Below, one piece after another: positions 56,301 through 64,000 of a DNA stretch of 64,000 bases (position 1 is its first letter; each line of letters starts with the position of its first letter). Both the position numbers and the translations under genes were made by a program. The DNA is from Amoebophrya sp. A120 (lineage: Eukaryota > Protista > Dinoflagellata). Location: the NCBI GenBank assembly GCA_905178155.1, contig CAJINV010000017.1:62001-126000 (forward strand), in the 5' to 3' direction. The notes under the pieces were generated by a model that had not been told where the DNA came from, made no database searches, and saw only the letters and a program-made list of their open reading frames with translations.

Positions 56301-59300
56301 GCTGAGCACGACGTTGCTAGCGTTCTCGCTTTTTCTATTGTGTGCAACAAAATCTGCTTCTCCTCTCTTGATTCTTGCAAGGATTTTCTAAAAGTCCAGA
56401 TCTTCATCCTCTTTCTGCTGGACCCAACCATCGCGAACGCCTCCCTCCAGCAGCTCTGCGTGCAGTTGACGTACGAAGCACTTCAGCAGCTCTTAGAGGT
56501 CGAGAATCTCCGGAACTACGGACGAAACTTCCTCCAGTACCAAATGATCTTGAAGAATTGCGCGCATTTCCTTGGGCAATTGACGCTGGCGCAGAACCGA
56601 CCGTTGAAGAGCAAATTCTTGGATTTGAAGGGGTTGCTGAAGCTCGCCGATGAACAAGAGGAGCTACAAGGAGTTGACCAACATCAGCGGCAACATAGAA
56701 ATAGAGACCGTTTTCAGTTAGTGGGCATCGTTCTCCCCTTCGTCACCACCATTCTCCGGTCCTGTAAAGCCAGCAAGGTGTTCTGCCCAAAGAACCCGTG
56801 GACGGAAGCGATCTTAACCCGGTTGGCGGAGCTGTGGGGGGCCGCGATGAATCCGATGAATGCTGTTTGTGACGCAGATGTTGCGGATCAGCATCTGCGT
56901 CAGCGCCAACAGCAGCATCGCCGTCAAAGTAGTACATCGAGAGTGCAGCTGGACAGCATAAAGCGGAACGCTTTTCTGGAAGTGGACTGGCTTTTCAAGG
57001 AACTGGGTTTGAAAGTGGAAACTTATTGTGCCGATGTAGCAAATACGAACACAATAAACACCAGTTCTGGGGTCGTGGTAGCATCCCACGGAAGTGGTGG
57101 ACCGACAGGAGGGGTACAAGAGAACAGTGTCTGTGGTCCAGCGACAACTCTGGAAATCGATGTCGTGGAAGACATCGCCGCTCTGTTTGGAGATCAGAAT
57201 CTGCAGCAGACAGCGTATAATACTGGGGTCATAGAACTACAACTAGACCAAACAGATTCACGTGGGGCAAGAACAGGAGCGGCGTCTCGAGTGCTGGAGC
57301 AAGCGGCTCTGGACTCGTTCTTGGGCAAGCGAAGCAGAAACGATGTAGCTTTATTTCAGCAGCAAGAAAAAGAAAAAGTAAGGGACCCCGAACGGTGTGC
57401 AGCTGCAGCGCCCCGATTTGCCTCGGAAAATGATCTGCAGAACACGATTGACGTGGCTTTTTCGGATGTTTCAATGTCTGCTGCAGCAGGACAAAGTCAG
57501 AGAACGGCACAGGAAGACCTCAAAGATAAGCCTCCAGGTACTGCAAGCGCAATTACCACTGGCACGACGACCACCGGCGTAGAAAGTTTTCCCATCGAAA
57601 CCGCATCAGGTCCTCCACCTCCTACTTCTCTCGAAAAAATCGTCGCGAACGCCTTCCAAAGGGCAATCGACGAGATCCTGCCCAATGTCGAGGAGCGCGC
57701 CGTTTCCATCGCCTTGCAAAACACCACTGCGGTCGTGAAAAAAGACTTCGCCAACGCCACCACGAGTTTCGCTTTCGCGGCTGCTAATCAACAGCATGTT
57801 GCGAAAAACAATACAAACTTGATGACGACGGGCACTTCGGCTGGTGATTCTTGTTCCGATGCTGACAATCTTCACGCGAAGCAGCGTGAGGACGATCGCG
57901 AGGTGGAGAAGAAAGCGGCGCAGCTGATGATCACTTCGGTCGCTGGTTCCTTAGCCGTGGTGCTTTCGCAGGAAGCGCTGTGGAATACCGCTTCGTTTTA
58001 TGTCGAACAGGATTTTGAGGAATTGTCGGGGACCACGAGGTTCGATTCCGAAGTAGTGGTCAAAGGCTTCGAGGAAGACTCCGCTGTCTTCGACATGGTG
58101 TTCCACAAGGAATTCTATACCGGCTGCCAAAAAATCGAGAAGGCGATCGTAGAGAAGAGCTTGGAAGCGATTGAGCAGCAGTACCGCGGGGAGAGGCAGC
58201 TTAAGGAATTATTACCCCTTGCTGGCTTTAACGATGAAAAGGATGGCGCAACAAGAACCACTAGAGGTAGAACTGCAAAGGAGGCGACTGGTACTGAGCA
58301 CCAGGAAGACGTCGTCGACCATGACCAAGAACACAGGCAATGCCCCGCCGCTCAGGTTGTATTTGTACCACCACAGGAGAAGGAGATCCTTTCCCCATCC
58401 TGCCTACAGATCTACAAAGATTTCATGAATTTGAAGCAGAAAGAGGCCGACACAGCTAACGGTGCAATAAATACAGCGACTTGGTCCGCCGTCGCAAACT
58501 CCCCCTCGACCACTGCGTCGAGTTCGCAAGCGGGAGGTGGTGGGCTCGGGTTTACATTTCCGTCCGATGAAGACTTAGTTGGGCATCAGAACAATGTTGC
58601 GCCGCGGGGGCAGCTGCAGCAGAGTTGCAAAACGGGAAGCGCAGCTCCTGTCGCTGCGGCTGAGACAGAGAACTACATTAGCGCGGCAAGTAGTTTTCAC
58701 AACTCTTACGGTCATCATTCTCAGAAAGATCACCATCTGCAGACCCTTTACCCGACACTGTCGATGTCTAGTTCGTCGTCTGGCGCATCTTCGGGGGCGT
58801 CAAACGAAAAAGCACAAGAACCTCGCCCCGCTGGTAGTAGCAGCACACGAAGTCTTAAAGATGTTGCTCATGATCCCCCACGTCCTGCGCGGACAAAGTC
58901 ATATCAAGGAGGTGCGGGTAGAGGAAAGGGCAAAAATCCGCCGAGCTTCTACGAAGATCAGGAATCATTTCTTGCGGACGAGTACCAAAAGCAGGCTCAA
59001 GAGCAACGGTATCACCACGTCGAGTCAAGGAGGATTAGTCGTGCTCAAGCTGACCACATCCATGAGGATCTTCCACTCGCGATCAAGATCGTGAGCAGTA
59101 GGGATGTGGAAGTAGCACAACTGGAGCATGATCCGCATAAACATAATCCGCAGCCGCACCAGCAACCACACTCGATTTACGACACTTTTTTTGCAGCTCA
59201 AAGTCGAGTGCAGGAAGACGACGAGGCGTCTGCTTATCAAGGCCGAAGAACGTCATCCCATGATAAGACGCTTGGCGGTGATGTGTCGAGTGGCTCGGTC

Positions 59301-62300
59301 TATGATGAAGTTGCTCATCCCTGTTCTTCTGCTTCTCCAGCGGCGACAAAGGCCACGACGGGTTGTACAATTTCTGTAGACGTGGACAACACCGCACAAC
59401 TGACACTGCAGGCCGCCCCAGTGTCTTCGAAAAGCACGTCGAGATTGCCAAAAGAGTGCTTCGAAAATCTATCAGCAGAGGAGGACGCCCGCGGTTCCTC
59501 GCCGCAATCAGTGCAGCTGTCGAAGAGGAAGACGAATGAAGCGAGAAGAACAAGTCCTACTCTCGCTGACAGTGTTCCCATTGCCGCAGAGACCGCAGGT
59601 GGGGGCGCTTGGTCAGCAGGGGTGCGTGAAGGCACAGAAAAGAAGCGGTCGCCGCCCAAATATCCTTCGGGTGACCCACCACCCGGACTTGAGCCGCCTG
59701 ACGATCCGGCACTTCTGCATCAGGGGCCAAATAGCTTCTCGGTTTTTCCATCCTCAAAGCACAGATCAACAGACGTCAAGACAGCAGGAGCAAGTGGTGC
59801 AGCTGGTACGACTAGTACCACCACCACCGTCAAGGTGATTACAACGGGCGCCGCAACATCAGCTACGGCTGCGCCGGCACCGACGGGCGCAACAACGAGA
59901 CACCAACACACAGCCGCTCACGATGTGCAGCAACCGAACAACCGTGCTCGTGCTCTTGTTCAACAGAATCATAGCCACTACCTCCAGCACCAGCCCGTCG
60001 AGCTGCACTTCTGCCCTTTACCAGAAGTGACGCAATGGCTTATCGCCTTCGAATGCAGATTCTTCCAAAGATCTACTAGTAGGAAAGCGAAAGAAAAAGG
60101 AAATAATATCTACTGCAAGTATGATGACGAAACAGAAGCAGATTTAGCCAAGCCACCAGTCGATCGCCTGTATCAAAAATTCCGCGAAGACCCCAATGCG
60201 GAGCTTTTCAAGCGGATGAAAGAGCTGCCAAAGATGCTGATACGGAACCAGTTCAACTTTTTTGAGCTGCAGGGGTACCCTCAAAAGCACACTGGTTCTT
60301 TGCCGTTGACGGTGTCAGCGGCAAATCCCGGATCTATTTCAACAAACAGCTCCAGTTGCTATCTCCACCCTTGCCTCACCTCGGAGATCCTTCCGGCACT
60401 CGGCGGCTGGGATTTTTTCGATCTGTTCTCGAACGAGCAACTGATCGGGGTTTACGTTTCCTGGCGGTTTTTCCAAACCGGTGTGGGTAAAGCCTGGCAG
60501 AACCACATATCGGAAGATGCCGCGCCGTCCGACCCGAGACCTCCTCCACAATTGGGGGCCAAACTACCTTCGGAAGAGCTGCAAGACAGGCGGGACAATA
60601 TCAACGAGGAAGACCGCCAGCGCAACAGAGAGAAACTCGATGGGGAGCTGACGTTTGAACTGTGTTTGGTGATTCTCAAGCTCATCAAAGAGGAATTTTT
60701 CCTGGAGGAAACATCAGTGCCCGAGTGTTACTTCGAGACCACTGAGCACGATGTTGGTTCAGCGAGCGCTGAACAGATGAAGGCGAACAAGACCAAATTG
60801 AATGTCAAACGAACAGCAGAAGGAGTAGGAGCTCCTGCAGCACGTCGTGCAACTACTTTTCCCGGCACCAGCGGTTCATCTCCTTTCAGCCGTGCTTTGG
60901 TCCGTTGGATTTTCTACTTTTTGCGACAGAAGGACAAGCAGTACGACAATGAAGTAAATGCGTTCCCGGGCGACCTCAAGTTCGTTCGCTTCGTGGTAGG
61001 AAATTTTTGCCGCTATGGATTGCTGGACGTGGTCGAACTTGACAAAACACTGCAAAGAATGGTGCAGCGCATGCACTTCAGGCTGATAAAAGACGGAAAA
61101 AAGAACGGGAAGATTGATGCTGAAATTGAAGTAGACACCAGCACGCGAGTAGAGTATGATCGGATTCAGCAGGTCGACCAGCTATTCCGAACGCTTGAAG
61201 CAGTGGAAAAGGCCGCGGCACTCACCAGGACTTCTAGTGCCGCTTCCACTGGAAGAACAGAGCTCGAGCCGCCCACGAAGACCACTACAAGAGGCTGCAA
61301 AAGGAGTCTAGCGGCCGAGCGAGAATTAGTTCTCAATTACACCAGGCAAGCGGCGAGGAGCCTCCTTCTCATCTCGACGTTGCGCGATGACGTAATGTCA
61401 GAGGACGTTGAGCATGAACAGGAAAACTATGCTACTACATCATCGGGGACTGCACCAAAAATAAACAGATCTGGTTTAGTTGTATCTGATTATGGCACTA
61501 TTCGAAATCAGCTCCGGGAAAGGGTGTACAAGAAAAGCGAAAGACTGTCGCGATTCTGCAAGGGCGAAATGAAATCTGAAGAAGACACGCGCGACGCACT
61601 TCGGTTGCAACAAGAGCAGCAGACCAGGAAAATATTCGAGTTTACAAGCCCAAGCCTCGTCTTGGAAAACAAACCGGAGGCGGAGCGAGCAGTTTCTCTA
61701 AGCAGTACCATCACCACGAGAAATGTGTACCGTTGGAAAGATTTTTGTAGCTCAACGGCTGCCGGATCGCGAAATCCCGCCGCGCACGACGAGCCGAGTC
61801 TTGCGTCGATGCCGGTTCTGTCTTTGTGGAACAGATGGCTTCGGATTTTCACGAACCAAGGCATAGGCACTAGTGCTATGGAGGGACTGCAACAGGCAGC
61901 AAGTTTCTCCGGAGGACGATGCGAAGCTGATGGACTTGGGCAATCACAACGGCAAGAGGAAATAGCTCGCCCTGCACATAATTCTTCCACTAGCATCGAG
62001 ATGATGCAAAACGAACGCAGCACCGACGCCGACCGCTCTACCAACAGAAGCGAGTCCGCCGCGAGTAAGAAAAACACTGGGACAATCTGGGATGACGAAG
62101 AAGACGAACACTCTGCTTCCTTGTCTTGCAGTAACGACCAAAGTAGTAGTAGCCACGAAGTTGACCAAGGACTGCATCAAGCTGCGGAAAACTACTCAAG
62201 TCTGGGCTTTCGACCTGAAAATAATCGACAAGGAAGCGTTGTTTCGCTGGAAACACATCTGGCGCTATTCGTTGAGGCGTTCTGGGAAAGTTTGATGACA

Positions 62301-64000
62301 TTCGCCTGTTCTAGTACTAGCAGTGGAGATGAAAATGCAGAAGTAGATCAGGCTACCGCGTTCGCCCGTTGCATGGAAGCTTGCGAGCTTTATTTCCAGC
62401 ACATTCTAGAGCGAGAAGTGCTCGTGGTCCAGAAGGTGACTGGAAGTGGAACCGACAACATCAAGGACGGTGCATCCGCTGCTGACGCATGGACGGGTTT
62501 TGTGAGTATAGTGATCATGACTTCGAGAGTTTTGGTAGGAAAGTTGCAACCTTTCGGAGCTGCAGTACCTGGCGAAACGGCAGGAGCTCCTTCATCCGGG
62601 GCCGCTCAATTCCCAGCTGCAAAATCGAAGACGGTGAACTCTTCCTTCGCAAACATGGTAGCGAGTATACAATCGCAACTCTTTACCCGCACTCTAGTGG
62701 TGCTGTCTCGCGTCGTGGATGCGAACCAAAGCGAAATATCCCAGGAGGGGAAGATGAAAGGCGGCACCAAAAGAACCGTAATTGGCCGGGCGGAGAAATG
62801 TCTAGTTGTACCGACAGCAGTTGTATTATCCGCCCGTATAGCAGCAGGCCTGATGCGGTTCATGAGCGGCATCCTGCGGACCGGCGGCGCTTTCTCAACA
62901 GGTGGAAGTTCGTCCTCTCCACAGCAGCCAGCTTTGCCCCTGACGGCGGTTTTGCGCGCCATTCACATCGAACAAACGGGAACAACAACTGGAGGCAACA
63001 CGTCCCTTCAGCCAGTGCGACCAGCTGTGACATCAGAGAGTGCACAGGAGCAAGCGCTGCCGGGGGTTGTGGCCGCCGAGGAGCAAGCGTCCACCTGCAC
63101 AAGAAGCATTTTCGCCGCCCCACCAGCGGTTATTTTCAGAAGCGGTCACATGATTTGTCTCCCCGCCTCTGCTGCCTCGCCAGCAGCATCAAGTGCAAGA
63201 CCATGCACGGCGCCAGCGCCAAATGGCATTTTGCTGAAGCAACAGTGGCAACTTTTATCCGCCATTGTCAGCTTCCTGTGGCACAGTAGCTCTTTTTTTT
63301 CCGAAGATCTTTCACGCGCAAAGGAGAGCGTCGCTCAGCATCGATCAGGAAGCAAGCAAAAGAACAATCGAGATGGACCAGTCCCCACTACAACCTTCCT
63401 GCACAGTCTTCTCAGCAGAGGGTTGCTTTGGGTGGAGCTGCTGCAAAGCCACAACTTTCTTCCCTTCTTGCTCAACTACAAGGACAGGAAAGGCTGGCTG
63501 CCGTTTTGCCGGCTGCTGGTGAAGTGGCTGCGGTTTCTGCACGCAGTTTCTGTTCAGTTGGAGAACTACGTGCACAATTCGAACAAGGGCAGCGGAAAGC
63601 GATTGAACCAAGCAGAAGTTCACACTAAGAGAAACGAAAAAGCCTCGAACTGTACGACCAAAACCGCCGAAGCTGCTGCTCTGGAGCCCAGCTTGAGGAA
63701 AACCACCGAGTTGCTTTTGCTCCTACTTCACGACTACCCGGACTTCCTGTCTGAGTACTACCAGCTGCTACTGAACGCCCTGCCATATGAAATCGACAAG
63801 CCGAAAAACTCCAGTACCCGTACCGCACAGGCACTGCAGCTAATGGTGCGTGGCGAGCAAAACCAAAACCTTCAACGTAGCACATACCGTCACGACTGTA
63901 CCACGAAAGGCCCTGCTACAGGCGATTGCTTCACGCAGATCAGAAACATCATCAGCTTTGCGCATCCAGCGAAGTTTTTCACAGAGCCGCCGAGTATCTG
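50397..64000 (+). CDS. NOT1: Highly expanded CCR4-NOT scaffold subunit NOT1 (3' end beyond the window). Exons 50397-53735 and 53850->64000
   Basis: CAF1-binding MIF4G motif LKNCAHFLGQLTLAQNRPL...LPFVTTIL...KVFCPKNPWT (~56545-56830). DUF3819-like AFQRAIDEILP.VEERAVSIA..TT.VVKKDFA (~57640). C-terminal LLLLLHDYPDFL and QIRNIISFAHP. No ORF is listed in this frame from 53850 onward, consistent with one frame open to the edge. Assignment of the 50397-53735 part rests on the frame join. Confidence 0.85.
53736..53844. mobile_element. Minimal 109-bp TIR introner in the NOT1 CDS, direct repeat AGCTG
   Basis: tatccaagaaaaaacacccatccccatcca ... tggatggggatgggtgtttttttctcgata. AGCTG at 53731-53735 and 53845-53849. 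Carries an in-frame TAA at 53787-53789. Confidence 0.94.

Noticed and set aside
207-63885. Numerous minus-strand and alternative-frame ORFs in the track
   Set aside because: They are shadows of GC3-rich + strand genes or short intergenic ORFs without recognisable motifs.

Overview
Eukaryotic nuclear DNA from a myzozoan alveolate, most likely an Amoebophrya-like syndinian dinoflagellate. This is inferred from a nuclear-encoded split cox2a, strictly co-oriented genes and TAT...ATA non-canonical introns. About 17-18 genes lie on the + strand: an S28 prolylcarboxypeptidase, COX2a, a cyclic-nucleotide-binding channel, ALDH12-type P5C dehydrogenase, a CmcJ/NvfI-like oxygenase-GST fusion, an OTU-like protein with a huge internal insertion, a tandem SnoaL-like protein, four divergent cold-shock-domain paralogs with mitochondrial-like presequences, methylmalonate-semialdehyde dehydrogenase, several hypothetical proteins, and a giant NOT1 that runs off the right edge. 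The dominant unusual signal is 11 MITE-like elements (109-754 bp) with TAT...ATA terminal inverted repeats and 5-bp direct repeats. Ten sit in coding sequence, and removing the element plus one direct repeat restores the reading frame with non-GT-AG ends. They share an internal GCATGACAAA motif on both strands. They are themselves parasitised by an apparently target-site-specific insert with 17-bp duplications and by a nested 9-bp-TSD MITE. Degenerate copies suggest a path towards ordinary GT-AG introns.
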